Source of the DNA: Dimorphilus gyrociliatus
Lineage: Eukaryota > Animalia > Annelida
DNA length: 64,000 bases
NCBI GenBank assembly: GCA_904063045.1
Contig: CAJFCJ010000024.1
Location: forward strand, 801,777-865,776
Direction of reading: 5' to 3'
In this document: positions 14,492-28,300 of the stretch, one piece after another
Layout: every line of letters starts with the position of its first letter
How positions within the stretch are numbered: the stretch's first letter is position 1
Notes under the pieces: model-generated
Seen by the model: the letters and a program-made list of their open reading frames with translations, nothing else
Database searches by the model: none
Told to the model about the DNA's origin: nothing
Translations under genes and position numbers: made by a program

Positions 14492-15306
14492 CCATTTACA
14501 AGATTGCACATGTAAAATTTATATATTGAATTTATATATATCCCGTCTCCCCCTCTCCCCATTCGTGATTACTGTGATTTTTCTATTAACAAACGAGAAC
14601 AAAATTCTATTTCGATGTATGAGAAAATAAGTTATTTCATAGATATTTTGATCTTTTCCTCACTCCTTTAACTGTATCATCAGTTGATGTATTTTATTTT
14701 AACGCTCATCCTCTCAGCTTATTAATTTCTCAAATTCAAGGGTATGAATCTCATACATAGATTATTTTTAGCATTAAGATTACTCTTCTACACCTTGAAG
14801 TATTCGGCAAATTTTATTGTATTAAAAGAATTTAACTAAGATCAGAAGTCAAAAAAGAATGGGTAAGGCATCTTGGCCTTCAAACTAACTTATAGTACTT
14901 TGGGAACAAAGGATTGAGCGTTAGAATCATACAATTATTTGATGATGTTATAATTCTTGACGTCTGGAATAAATGTATATTTCAAGAAAAATCTTCAATG
15001 TTTTTTTTGTTTTTTTGTTAAAAGCTATATAAAAAGTTACAAGTTTCTTAGACTAAGAAAGCGTCTTTAAAAAGAAACAGATACAGAATATCTTTTTTTC
15101 TGAAATTTGATCTAAATGATAAACATGAAAAAATTGACTATGATTTTCAAGTAATTTCTAACTACGACATGATAACGGTATAAATAATTTAATAATATTC
15201 CATAAGTTAGGTAACTTAAATAGAACAGTTGTGGCTTGAAAATATGCACATCGTAGATAATTACAAGAGTTATCAAATTTGCAAAAAAAATTTGTCTTCT
15301 CTGGAA

Positions 15307-15979
15307 TTATAGACCGCCCGTTTGATTCTGAAATACTTCAATAGCATCACCATCGTCCAAGTCGAGCTTAAAGGATACAATTAGTTGAAAAAAATTGATG
15401 TTCAAAAGATAAGTATGCATACTTTAATAGGCGTATCTGTATCATTTAGTCTTGTGCCGTCAAATTGAAATCGAACTTGTGGCTGGCGAACACCAGTTCT
15501 CTCACAATAAGCATTCATAAGCTTTCGTAGCGGAGTGTTTCTCTTAATTTTGAAATGAACAACAGAACCATCTTGTCCTTGAACTTTAAGATTTATATGA
15601 GCATTTTCGGTCTTTTCACCCTGAAATGATAAAGAAATCTTTATATATTTTTGATTCAATAAAAATTTGAACTGGAATTCTAAAGAGTATTAAGCTTCAG
15701 TCAGAATAAGAAATAGTTCTTTCTTTAGAATATATCTAATATATATCTGGTTTTTGAATCTTTAATTTAACTTCTGACGAATATTCAAATAATGATTGAT
15801 TTATATGTCGAAAAACTACTTAAAATTTGGTGCTAAACAAGCTATTGCAACAAAATAAGAAAACAAAAACATGTTTGGTTGAAAAAAGGTTCACGAAAAA
15901 TTGAACCCATTGAAAAAAAGCCGACATCCAACCACACATTGCCATATATCAAAAATTAATATAGCAAAAAACAAACCAT
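15307..15979 (-). CDS. SUMO: SUMO family ubiquitin-like modifier (divergent)
   Basis: Exons 15423-15620 ([51 protein letters not shown]) and 15307-15366 ([19 protein letters not shown]) with the di-Gly motif. The start is inferred as an exon-terminal ATG at 15977-15979 and is less certain. Confidence 0.9.
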
Positions 15980-16127
15980 TTGAAGAAGTTTGCTTGATCT
16001 GCTGTGAATAATAAATAGAAGGTTCTTGGAACCAAACTTAAACCTCCTACGTCTTTAAAATGACACTTAGCAAATGCCAAATGCTATTGGGAAAGGAGTT
16101 ATAGAATATTGATAGTCAGCGCCATTG

Positions 16128-16138
16128 GCGGCCATTTT
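16128..16138 (-). promoter_or_regulatory. YY1/Pho-like motif at the SUMO 5' end
   Basis: GCGGCCATTTT (minus AAAATGGCCGC) about 150 nt upstream of the inferred ATG, in an otherwise AT-rich context. Confidence 0.45.
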
Positions 16139-16680
16139 ATATATTCAAAAAAAAACGTCCCATAAACCATCAAATAGTTTATAATATCAGAATTTTTTGT
16201 TCTTTTTAATATATATAAATGTTAAAAATACAAATTTGTTAATAATTGTATGAAAAAAGTTTGCTTTATGGGATTTTTTGGCTTTTTTGGGATGTGTTAA
16301 CTTTCAGAGTCTGAAGAAGCAAACTATAAAAATGGCACTCGATGTATTACTTGCCCAGAAAAAAACGTTTTATTTTTTAAAAATTTGACAAAATCTGATT
16401 TTAAAACTGGTTCTAACCGGTTTTAACTAGATTTTTTTTATTTTTTTTAACAAAGCAGATGTCACTGTTAAGGATTAGTCATTATTTTCCAGAATACAGA
16501 TGTCGTTAGTTGAAAATCCACCATTTTTTTCTGCAAAAACTGCAAGATTTCATCAAATCAAATAGTTAGCAGTAAATTTATCCATCTAAAGCTAATGATT
16601 ACCTATCAAAGTTTCACATTACGCAATTTTGTAAAGATTCCACAAACTCTCTACCAAATACGAACTAAAAATCATAAATG

Positions 16681-16690
16681 GTCACGTGAC
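16681..16690. promoter_or_regulatory. Palindromic E-box / CLEAR-type element GTCACGTGAC
   Basis: Perfect 10-bp palindrome about 700 nt upstream of SUMO. Confidence 0.45.
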
Positions 16691-17668
16691 ATATATGGAC
16701 CAAAACTATCGAAAAAATGGTTAATTAGGGATTATACTATGGAATTAAAATATTTTTTTGTGTTAAAATTTGAAATTTCTATAAATTTTCTAAGTTTATT
16801 TAGCATTTAACCAAATATTAGACGAACCCATCATAGTAACCACCCTATACCCAGGACACGTTGAGATCGTGCGCAATGACCTAGTAAGAATGACATTTAC
16901 TCAATTATTGTTAATTTAATTACGATTAAATATTAAGAAACCTCTTCGTAAAGTACATATCAGAAAGATATACCCTAATAAGCGTGAAAAAAATATTATC
17001 ACATATGAAAAAAGTCATTTGAGAAAAGTATTTACGCACTAGCGTTATATAAGTTTTGGAAGTTGTGTATTTTTATTTTCTCATCCAAACAGTAGTTTTT
17101 CGTCAAAAAAGCAACTTGAACACTTAATTGAAAGTTTTGTCAACTTCCTATTTAAACTGAACATATATATATATATATATTAATATATTTTTGCATAAAT
17201 ATTGAAACTGACAAAATTAGTAGTTTCTATATTAAGTAACTGTAAATAGTTAAAATAACGGAATTTTTCAAAAATTTCAAACATAAAATTAGTTCAGATT
17301 TCATTATTTAATGAAATTTTGAATAAAATTTTTGAATTTTTGAAAATTTGAAATATTTTCGAAATTAGAAAGTATCAAATAAAATGCAGGGGAAAGGGAG
17401 AAAATGATCGCTGAGGGTAGACTTTGAGGCTTGGTTAGGAAGATCATAACCCTTAGTGCATTCACACTTTGTTAGCGCTAAAACAATGGTTAGGCAATTT
17501 TAAATGCATAGCAGTTTGTGAATCGATGGGTTACGATTGGGGTTAAAAGGTAAAATCGTCGACGTTTTCTCCATGACCAAGGATTTAGACAATCTTACTG
17601 ACTACTTGCAAATACACTGAATAGTATGTGTTATTATATTATATTTAGAATAAACTGAGCATCGACCA

Positions 17669-18360
17669 AGAGAGAGAGAGAGAGAGACAGAGAGAGGGAG
17701 CTGCTCTGAATTTATGAACAATACTCAACATCTTTCAAAATCTACTCATTTGTTAAAATTTGTCTAGAAAGTGTTTTCATAAAACACTGAGGATAGCTGT
17801 ATTTAGATATTTGAGTACTTTTCAAACTGAAAGATGGTAAGGGAACGTGAAATGAAATTTTTAATTAAAAAAAAGGAATGAAGAGTAACACTGCGGAAAT
17901 TATTAATAAGAAGAAAATAAAGGTAGCATATGTTATAATTACTTTTATATATTATAATAATAAATTGATGTTCAGGGACGGTTGTGTATTAATAATTTAG
18001 ATATAAAAAACAACAATTTATGAATAAATTTATGATACTAAAATGGTGAAGAGCATAAATGAAATATTAACATTATAACAGATTTTTATAGATATACAGA
18101 TAGATTACTAATGAACAAAATTTCTGTATGAATTCTCTCACTCTCTTTCTCTCTCTCTCTTTACACATCTAAAACATAAAAAAGAGATTAAGGAATGAGA
18201 GACGAGAAAAACATAAGCAACTAAGGCAAAAAGGTCAGAGTAGAAATGTCAATTATAAAGAAAGGCCGGTGTTCATGTGGGTGAAGGGGAAAAGGACACA
18301 GCGTTTGTGTGTCTGTGTGTGTGTGAGAGAGAGAGAGAGACAGAGGAGAGAGGGAGAGAG
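17669..18360. repeat. Cluster of GA/CT/GT microsatellites
   Basis: (AG)n 17669-17697, (CT)n 18134-18160, (GT)n(GA)n 18306-18360. Confidence 0.85.
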
Positions 18361-19177
18361 ATCGAAAAAGAGTCTAGAAACATTGAATCGAATTCATTAT
18401 TGATTAATTATCGGAAAGTAAAAATTTACAAGAATGGAAGTTAGACTAGTATAATTAAAGTTAACAATTACACTTTCATTTCTATTTTATTAATATTTCA
18501 ATAATTACAAACACAAGAAATATGAAGAGAATATTAGAATAGTTGTTCCTACTAAAACCTTAATAATATATATATTTTTCTCTCTATCATCTTAATTAAT
18601 TGATATTGCATGCAAACACGTACAAAGAATTATAGATGCAGATGCGAAATAATCAATAGTCAATCGGATTTAAATAATACAAGTCAAGACTGAGAACATT
18701 TTCAGAAACGTGAAAATCATGTTTCAGATCAGATCATTACAGGTGAATGGTAAAAAAGAAGAAGATGGACTTATGGTCAGTTGGTTACCTGATGGTTTAC
18801 TTTTGGAAATCTCCAAAAATAAGGTAATAAAGTTGTTTAAAAAAACAACGTGAATAAAAACTTGATACTTGTGCGATAATGTGTTTTTTGTTACTGTTTT
18901 TATTAATTTTCATAGTACAAAAAATGAGACAAATAGGCCTATGTTTTTTTACAGGCCTTATAAATCTTATCAATAAACTATTGATTATTTCTCGGCCAAT
19001 AATTGCAGAGTTGCAGTTTTTAACGGTTACGACGATGGGTTTATCTTGTTTGATTGAAAATAATCGCTTAAAAGCATTATAGCTATCGTTCATCGATTCG
19101 TTGGAGTATTAAAGTACCGTGTTTTTCTGTACCTGTACACCTATGTAGAAAATTCGTCGCGCAACTGCAATTTTCTG

Positions 19178-19187
19178 GTCACGTGAC
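19178..19187. promoter_or_regulatory. Palindromic E-box / CLEAR-type element in the proximal promoter of the PACT-domain gene
   Basis: GTCACGTGAC in a locally GC-richer patch about 120 nt upstream of the ATG at 19306. Confidence 0.5.
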
Positions 19188-19305
19188 TCGGCGGTGTGTC
19201 ACGTTCAGCAATAAGGAATCTTAAGTGTCAATATTTTGAATTTTATAGATCTATAGATTGATTAAACATTTTTGGATAAATATATTTTTATTTGTACAGA
19301 CGACA

Positions 19306-22300
19306 ATGTCTCTTAATCAGGTTTGTAGTGTCCATCTACGAATAGATATAGCTAAATACTACGATGTTTTATAGATAGAGACGCTTAAGAGACGTTATGG
19401 CGAAGAAATTGACGATTTTCAACAAGAGTTTGAAAAAAGGGCTGTGAAAGAAGAGCTTAAAAAAGAACTAGATGAATTAAAGAAGAAGTACGGTGAACAA
19501 GATGAATTATTCGCCTATATAGAAAGGATATTTAAAGATATTTATTATAAATATACAGCAAAATTAAAGGAAAAGTTCGAGGTTTGTTTTTATATTCTGT
19601 TTATCAGCTAGGTGGCGCCACCCATAAAGTGTATTGTTTCTTTTTTTTAAAAAAAGTAAATATATTTAGTGTATATATCTATATGCATTCACACTATATC
19701 GTATTTTTGGTAGAAGATAATTACAACCATTGTATAAATACAGCTTTGGCAATTTTCCCACTATTATCTCTTTTTTTTTACCGTGTGGGAAACATCTATA
19801 TAAAGTGTCATATTAAAAATTATAGACAGAACGGGGTCTATTCTAGACCTGTGACTTATGCAAATTATTAATGAACGTAACGAAGCTTTAGATACTTTAT
19901 TGAACAAAGAGAGAGCAGTATAAATATTGTATTGTTTGCAGTAATCCTTTTTTTTTAACTACTATGTATTATAATCTATTAAGTGCTGTACTGTTTTCCT
20001 ATTAATTGATAGTCATAATATTTACCTTACTTCGATAAAACCATATAATTATTATATCTATTCTGGAATAAAATCGTCATTGGTCTACTCTATTGTCTTC
20101 TTTTTTTGTAGAAAGAAGATGACAAATATGCAGAAGCGTTTAAGAAACTATTCGAGGAACAAAAGGAAGAGAATGCCTATACTATCAATAGTCTTAAGCA
20201 AACAATAGATCGTCTTGAGGAGAAACACGAAAACGATGTTGCGGGACTTCAAAAACAATACGAACACGAGATTGTTCATCTCAAGGACGTTGTAAATAGT
20301 CTAAGTCAAAAGCCTTTAGACGCAATTACGGAAGAAGAAGAAGAAGAAGAAGAAGTAGAATCTCCGCAACCTTCTAGAATTCCTAAGAAAAAGAAAGATT
20401 CGCTTTCATCCTATGCTTTAACGGCAATATCCGATTCGGAGGAAAGTGAAGATGAACTAGATCATAGGGAAATTGAAATTGATTTGAAAATTGAAAGATT
20501 AAAGGCCGAATTCGAAGTTGAAAAGGAGAGTTTAAAACGTCTTATAATAAGGAAAGATGAAGAACTTGAATCGAAGGATCGAATTATTAAAAAATTCGAT
20601 ATTGAAATGGAAACACTTCAACGGGAGAACGAAGAAACTTTTCGTAACGTTGAAGAATCTTATAGAAAACGGATTGATAAGATGCAAGAGGAAATCGATA
20701 AAGCAAAGCAAGTAATTAGTTCAAAAGAAACCGAGAAATTAGATTTACAAAAAGTCGTTGATGAACAGGAAGCCACTCTCGCCGAAGCTAGGTCAAGGTC
20801 GAATTCTCAGGATGAAAATATTGAATCATTTGCCAGGAGTACTAATAAATTAGCTATAGATCACGCAATTGAATTAGAAAGTTTAAGAGAAAATCATAAA
20901 ATTGAACTAAAAAAGTTTAGTGATAAGTACGAAAATCTCTGTGATAGTTCAAAATTGGAGAAGAATCAATTAATAAAGGAATTAGAAGAAGTTCGTCAAT
21001 CGAACGAAATATTACGAGATGAAAAGAGGCAATTGAATGATGATATAATTCTATTACAGTCGAATTTTGATACAGAATTAATTAAAGTAAAGTTAGAATT
21101 GGAAGAAAAGCAAAAGTTGGTAATTGAAGACAAGATGAAAATTATAAAACAGCAATCAACCGATGACGATTTAATTGCTGATAAAATGGCTGCTGATAAA
21201 GAGAATTACGAGTTATTAGAAGAGTTGAAATTGGCTCAAAGACAATTAGAGCATAGAGAAATAGAACTTGACGATTTAAGGCAAAAGTATGATAAATTAA
21301 AAATTGAAGGTAAAAATACAGAATTAGAAGAAGAAATTGAAGAATTAAAGAAGAAAATTAATGAAAAAGATATATTAAGCGAAGAATTTGAATTAAAAAT
21401 GAAAAATTCTATTCATGAATACGAAAATAAAGTTAAAAATCTCAGGGATGAATTAGATTTGGCAAGGGAAGATTTTAAAACTAGTCAAATTAATATGGAT
21501 ATTTACTTAAGACAAAATGAAGAAAAAGACATTCAAAATAAAGATTTAGAAATTCAATTAGGAGAAAATTTAAGTAAATTGAACGAATTTCTTGAACAAT
21601 TCGATAGACAGGAAACTGAAATTCAAAATCTAAAAAATAACTTGGATAGTAAAAATACAGAAAAAACACAAATAGAAAATGAAATAATTCAATTAAAAGA
21701 AGAGAAGTCTCTTTTAAGTTATAAAGTAGACGAATTAAACACTGAACTAGAAAGGGAGAAAAAGAGTTCAGAAAGCTTTGCAACAGGTATTAATGATTTA
21801 TATATAGTATATATACACATTTTCAGCGTAAATTTTCTAAGTAATATTAATTACCTAAAAATAACGCATAATTCATTTATAATCAATATATCGTTTTACT
21901 TTCTCTCTCCTTTAAGCAATGGAAGCGAAATTGGCGGAAGATTTAAGAATACAGGAAGAAGATCATAAAGAAGAAATGGTAATTATTAACATATTTTTCT
22001 TAATTAATTAAAGTATATTATTATATAATATATCATTTAAATATATGCATCAATATTTATTCTAAATTCTAAATAGAGAAGTTTAGTTAATTGGTTTCAA
22101 TGGCGTTCAAAAGTGAGTTTGACCATTTCATGTATATGGATGAAATCTAGTATATATATATATATATAAAAATAGATGAAAAAATTGAATATTGATTATT
22201 AAAAAAAACATCAACAAAGTAATTCATGCATATGATGCTTATTAAGTTAAAAGGTGTTATGTTTATTACCTATATATCGTGCTTAATCTTTTAAATTCTT

Positions 22301-25300
22301 CCAATTTTTATGTGTATACAGTATATATATATATATTTATATATTGAGATAAGTTCAACGAATGGGATGACCCTAAATACAAAAGTTTATATATATATAT
22401 ATATATATCTGTAGTATGTACAGTATATACTGTATATTTCATATTGAAATATTCACATTCCTAAGAATTTTAGGTCTTTGAATAAGTGTTTAAAGTCAGA
22501 TAAGGATCAAAAGGTGGATAAATCAATCTTTTCAGTACAAATAATTGTATTAACGGCCTAACATATTGACAACTGGTAGATTTATAAAAAAAGGCCTATA
22601 GAACACTTTTCAAGTTAAAACTTGTTTGTTTTCTACCTTGATTTTTTTTTCAAATGTTTGTTGTATGGATGATTTTTGACTTGAATCGCCAATGTGATGT
22701 TTGTTAATGGTAATATAAATATTGAATTTAACTTTATAATTACAATATAAATAATTTGGTCAATAGAATTAAAGAAAAAATTATAGATTATAATAATAAT
22801 AATAATATCAAGTAGAAATAATCTTCAAGTTATTTCATTAATAGCTGTTAAAAATACTTTTATATAGTTTTTATATTACTACTCTTTCTCTCTTCCCTTC
22901 ACTTTTAGTCGAATAAATCAAGTATTGAAGGTAAAAATATGGAGGAATTGAAAAAGAGAGTTCAGGAGAGCGAAAACGAATTGGAAAATTCTGGTAAAAG
23001 GATTGCGTGCTTAGAAGATGAAAAACAAGATTTATGTAAAGAAAATAGAGATTTAGAAGATCGTTTACGAACTTTGAAAGAGGATTTTGATAGGGAAACT
23101 CGAGAAAGAGAAGGTATTGCTATATATTATTATATAAATATGATATTCAATTTCATATTTTTGATGTTTCAACTACTTCATTTATAAAAATAGTATTATA
23201 TTTCACTAAAATCTATAGGCACTTCTCCAAATGTTCAAGCGATTTCTCTTTAGCCTACTCGCTTTCTGATTTTTTTTAATTCATTTTATCCTTTTTCTAC
23301 TTTTCCCAACTTATTACCCTATACAATAATTTTCTGATCAATTTACTCTCTGTAGGCCTAGAATATTTAAGAAAGCCAAGTATACAAAAGTCATAGTATT
23401 CTTTGATTGAATTAGGGAATATTAGAACTGATCTGTCGAATTTACGACTTTATATAACGCTTAGACAAACATTATGATAGCGACTTGAATAAGAATGGAA
23501 TCGTTTTCTCCTCCTTTCATTTTATTTTCTTGGTTAAGAGAAAAAGTTTATTTTTTTTAGCCTACTAAAAAGAGCAGTATTGAACAGTAAAATATTAATA
23601 TTTGTTGTCTATAACTTTGAATTTAGTTTGACAAGAGTTTAATTCTATATTTCCTACAATTATTTACAGTAAAATTTTAAGCGAAATGGACAGATTAAGT
23701 CAATAATTTAAAGTGTAAAACTACTAGTTTATTACGAAGATTTATGGTAAATCAATTTTCAACCAATTTATATACAACAACAGCGTATAGTAGAAACCTT
23801 TTGATCTTAAGCTTAAAAGAAAAAACAATCGATAATTCAATTTACAAATTATTCAATTATAGATGAAATTGAACAATTGAAGAAGACGATTCAAGAAAGT
23901 CAGATAGAAATTCAAACTCTTAAAGAAACATTGAACAAAATGGATTCTGCCGACGAAGAAAAATCTATACCAGAGTATGTGGAGAGTGAGGAAAGTGTTA
24001 CTCAGGATATATCTGAGAATATTGAAGAGGCTGAAGATTTAGATGAGGTTAGGACGGAAGAAAACGTTTCGGACGATGCAACAAAGTCCGAGAGACTATC
24101 TGGCTTATTAGCTGAAAGCGTTCAGAGCATAATTTCTGTGGAGGATACTATAAACAAAATTTTGAATAAAGCAAGAAAAAATGCCGAAGAATATACGATA
24201 CTTCAGGGAGAAGCCTTTGAACTTACTCAGAAACTTGTGATATTTGGTGAGGAAACAGCTCCCGATGCAAGCGTTGAACAAATGGTTCAAGGTCAATATC
24301 ATTTATTTCTTTACTAAATATTTATTGTAAATGAATTAAATATTCGATATATTTAAAAAAATTATCAGATAGAGAACAGCAACAATTTCAATTTATGTTT
24401 TAGACAATAAAAAATATATCACTGTGGTCTTTTATTTGACCTATTTTACATAAATAATACTAAGAGAAAAGATGATAAGAACAATGCAATAAATAACTAA
24501 AAAACTAGTCTCCTTCTCTCTAGTACGTTCTCTATTCCGTGTAAAATTGAGTATTTTAGAAGTTATTAATCTTTCAATTGTAGTCCTTATTTTCCAACTT
24601 ATTTATTACTCTATTCAAACATTTTATTTCCCCTTTGATTTTTATTTATCTAGGGTAGGTATTTTCTTGGCTTTAGTTAAGAATAGGAATATTGTTTTTC
24701 TTCATTTTTCAGATTCAAGTTTACACCTATCAAAGGCTGTTGATCGTCTTGCTACACTATATGGTCACGTTGAAAAAAATTTAATTAAAGAGACTTTATC
24801 GGCTAGAGATTCTACGCAGAAAGCTTCAGAATTCAGGGAACTTTACCAAGAGTTCGAAGTTCGATCGAAAGAATTAGAGGATGAGAGGAATCAATTATCA
24901 TTAGAACTTCACCAGGAAAAACAAATTGTTGGTGAAAGAGATCAAAAACTTGTTCAAATAGAAGAGGATGTGAGATTATTAGAAACCGAAAGAAGTTAGT
25001 ATAGAGTTAATATTCGAAAGCAGCATCTTCATTCAAAACTAAATAATCTTCTTCTTGTTCAGATATTATATCATCTGATTTGGAAAAAGTTACCGCTCGT
25101 TTAGAAGAACTATTAAACGAAAGAGCCGATTTTCAAGAAGAGAAAGATCGCTTCTCTCTACAGAAGGAAGCTATGGAAGAAAATGCTGGAGAAGAGGATA
25201 AAGGTAGGACAATAATAATTTTTTTTGAATATTATGAATAGATAATAGTTAGGATTAGATTATAATTATGAATGGTATATTTTTGTTCATCAAATTGATT

Positions 25301-28300
25301 AATTAAAAGGAAGAAGGCAATTCCCAAGGTGTTGTTTTTCTTTTTTAAAAAGAAAAACAACTATTCAATATTTTTATTTTATATTTTGATTCAGTTTTTG
25401 TTTTTTAAAAAGTTTTATAAATTGCAGTTTCAGAAGAAGATAACGGTGGGTTATTTATAATTACATACTCTCTAAACAGAATAATAATATATACATCTCT
25501 ATGATATCTTCTTTTACTAAATAATCGGCTTAATATTTAACTAAGCCCAGATAAAACAAAAATAAAAACTTTTTTTACCTTGAAACACCAAAAAAATAAG
25601 GAGGGAAATAAATTTAGGGAGATTTTGGAATGGAGATGATAATTAGTGAGAATATACTGATTACATAGTGAATTATATACGTTATTAATTAGTATATACT
25701 GCAATATATACAGTATATATAATAGTATTCAAATATATATAACCAGGTATAAACTTTTATTTTAGCAATTTTTAAATTCTTTAGCTATACCACAAATATT
25801 CGTCTATCTATTTAATCAATCAATCAATCAATCGATTAATCAATAAATCTATCTACCTACCTATATCTATCTATTTATCTATCTATCTATTATAGATACC
25901 TCTATAGTTTAATTAGTTCTCAACTGGGAAATACTATTTATTTATAATCAATTTTCATACCTGGAAAGAACTTTACAAGTTCTTTACAAGACTGATTTTA
26001 TTCCTATTAATTACTATTTGTACATATATATACTTTTTAATCTGTATTAAACGATTCCTTTATACTTTTATTATATAGATAGTTATTCTCCTATTGATCT
26101 ATCTTCTCCATTTTTTGCTATTGTACAGAAAAAGTTGTTAAAAAACTTGAATATATAGGGAAAGGATTAGATATATACTGTCTATATGAATTATATATAT
26201 ATTCTCTACACGACAAAAGTCTTTATACACCCTTAAAGATATTCCGAAATCTCCTATGTTTTTTAATCATTCTCTGCCAATTTGGTAATAACTTTGCATC
26301 CGATTCGCTTCTAACTCTTCTCTCCATAGGACCGATACTCTCTGCATGTAAATTTAATTAAAACAATTAAAAATTCTCGAATACCATATGTATTTTTATA
26401 TCAATATTTTTTTTTATTATTTGCCTAGTGACATCTCTTATTTGTTTTTAACAACAATTGATATATTTTCTCATAGCCTTTTTCATATATCTTATATAAT
26501 TCTATTTTCTTTTTTTTTCTCCCACTTCTCCTCTCCACTCTCTCCTAAACTTAATATAGGTTTATTGGAAGCATACAATAATCTGGCTAAAGAGAAACAG
26601 GAGGGCGAGAGAGAATTTGAAAAATCTAGAGAATTCATGGAAAATCGTATTAAAGAATTAGAAGTTATGGTTGACGAAGTTCAAAATCAGTTTGATCAGA
26701 TTCTAATGGAGAAAACAAATGAAATTGAAGATTTAAATAATTTATTAGAAGCTAAAGAAAAGCTAATTCAAACAAGTGCAAAATTCTTAAAAGATCAAAC
26801 GGACGAAAGGGAACAAGAAAGGGAAGATTATCAGAATGAGATATTAAAATTAAAGGAAACTTTAAAAGACCAAGAAAAGGATAACTCTAGTCAAGAAAAT
26901 ATGATTCAGAAAATACAAGATCTTGAAGAACAGATGAACTATTTCAAAAATAAACATCAACAAAGCGAAGAAGAATTAAATCAAATGAAAAGTGAAAATC
27001 AAACAGTTCAGAATAGTCTTATGGTAAACAGAAATAAGTTTAGTAACATATTAACTAAATTAATGATATATTACTCTTTTTCAAGGATAACAAAGAGATT
27101 ATTCGAGGTTTAGAAGAAGAGCTAGAATCGTCCTTGAATCATGAACAAGAATTTAAAAATGTTTGTTATATAATACTTAGTTATCAAGAAATCGTACTTT
27201 TTTGTATATTGTTTTATCTAATATCTATTTTTTTTATATATTTATAGAAAATTACCTCTCTTGAAAACGAACTTAAAGATGTTCGGGCCAATGTAAATAC
27301 TCAGGAAAATGTTCTCGAAGAGGAGAAACTCTGTTCACCTCCTCCCGAGGAACACATTTTAACAGATCTTCGAAATGAAGTTGAAACTGCCAAAAGAGGG
27401 GAAGAAAATGCTTTGAAGAGATTAACTGAATTAGAGGAGGAATTAAAATGTAGCCGTAATAACGAAAAGATATTACTGGCCGATAAGGATGGACTCCAAA
27501 ATCAGCTGTTAACAAGTACAGCTTCAATATCTGAACTACGAGCTCAAGTTGACAAGCTTCGAGTGGATTTCGTAGATAGAGATGTTATTGTTGAAGAGAA
27601 TAGTAATCTTAGAGAAGATTTACGAGTAAATAGAGAAATAATATCTGAAAAACAACTTATAAACGATCAATTAGAATTGAAACTTAAAGATTTAGAAAAT
27701 ATCCTAAGACAGAAAGATGAACAATTGGAAAATTTGTTACACAGTAATGCGCAATCTCTTAACGAATTAGAAGATAGCAGAAAGGAATTAATAGAAAAAA
27801 TTGAAAATTTAGAAAGCGATAATGATGAATTAGAAAAACAAAAGAAATCTTTAACTGAAACTTCCAGTTTTCCAGATTTAACGCAAAAATTGCTTGATGA
27901 TAAAAATTTAGAGATTGACGAACTGCGTGAAGAGATTCAAAATTTGAAAAAACATGATAATAGTGAAAATATTACGTTAGCTACGAGAAATAACGAACTT
28001 AATGATGAATTGAAAAATAAACAAATACAAATTGATGATATGTCAATAAGAATTAGCAGTTTTGAAAATGAATCTATTCAATATAAAGAGAGTTTAATTG
28101 AAATGGATCAATTAAAACTTAAGATTGAACAGTACGAAGATGAAACGAATAATTTGAAAAAGAAATTATTACTTGTCGGAGAGGAGAATGAGAGACATAT
28201 TAACGCGATTAATGAAGATAATGAAAATTTAAGGAAAGAAATTGACAAGCTAACTACTAAAAATGATGAATTTGAAGTTGAACATTCCAATTTAAAGGCT

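Noticed and set aside
17260-17352. Imperfect AT-rich inverted repeat (core ATTTCATTA-TT-TAATGAAAT), MITE-like
   Set aside because: The arms are low-complexity A/T runs with many mismatches, and there is no target-site duplication or second copy in the window.
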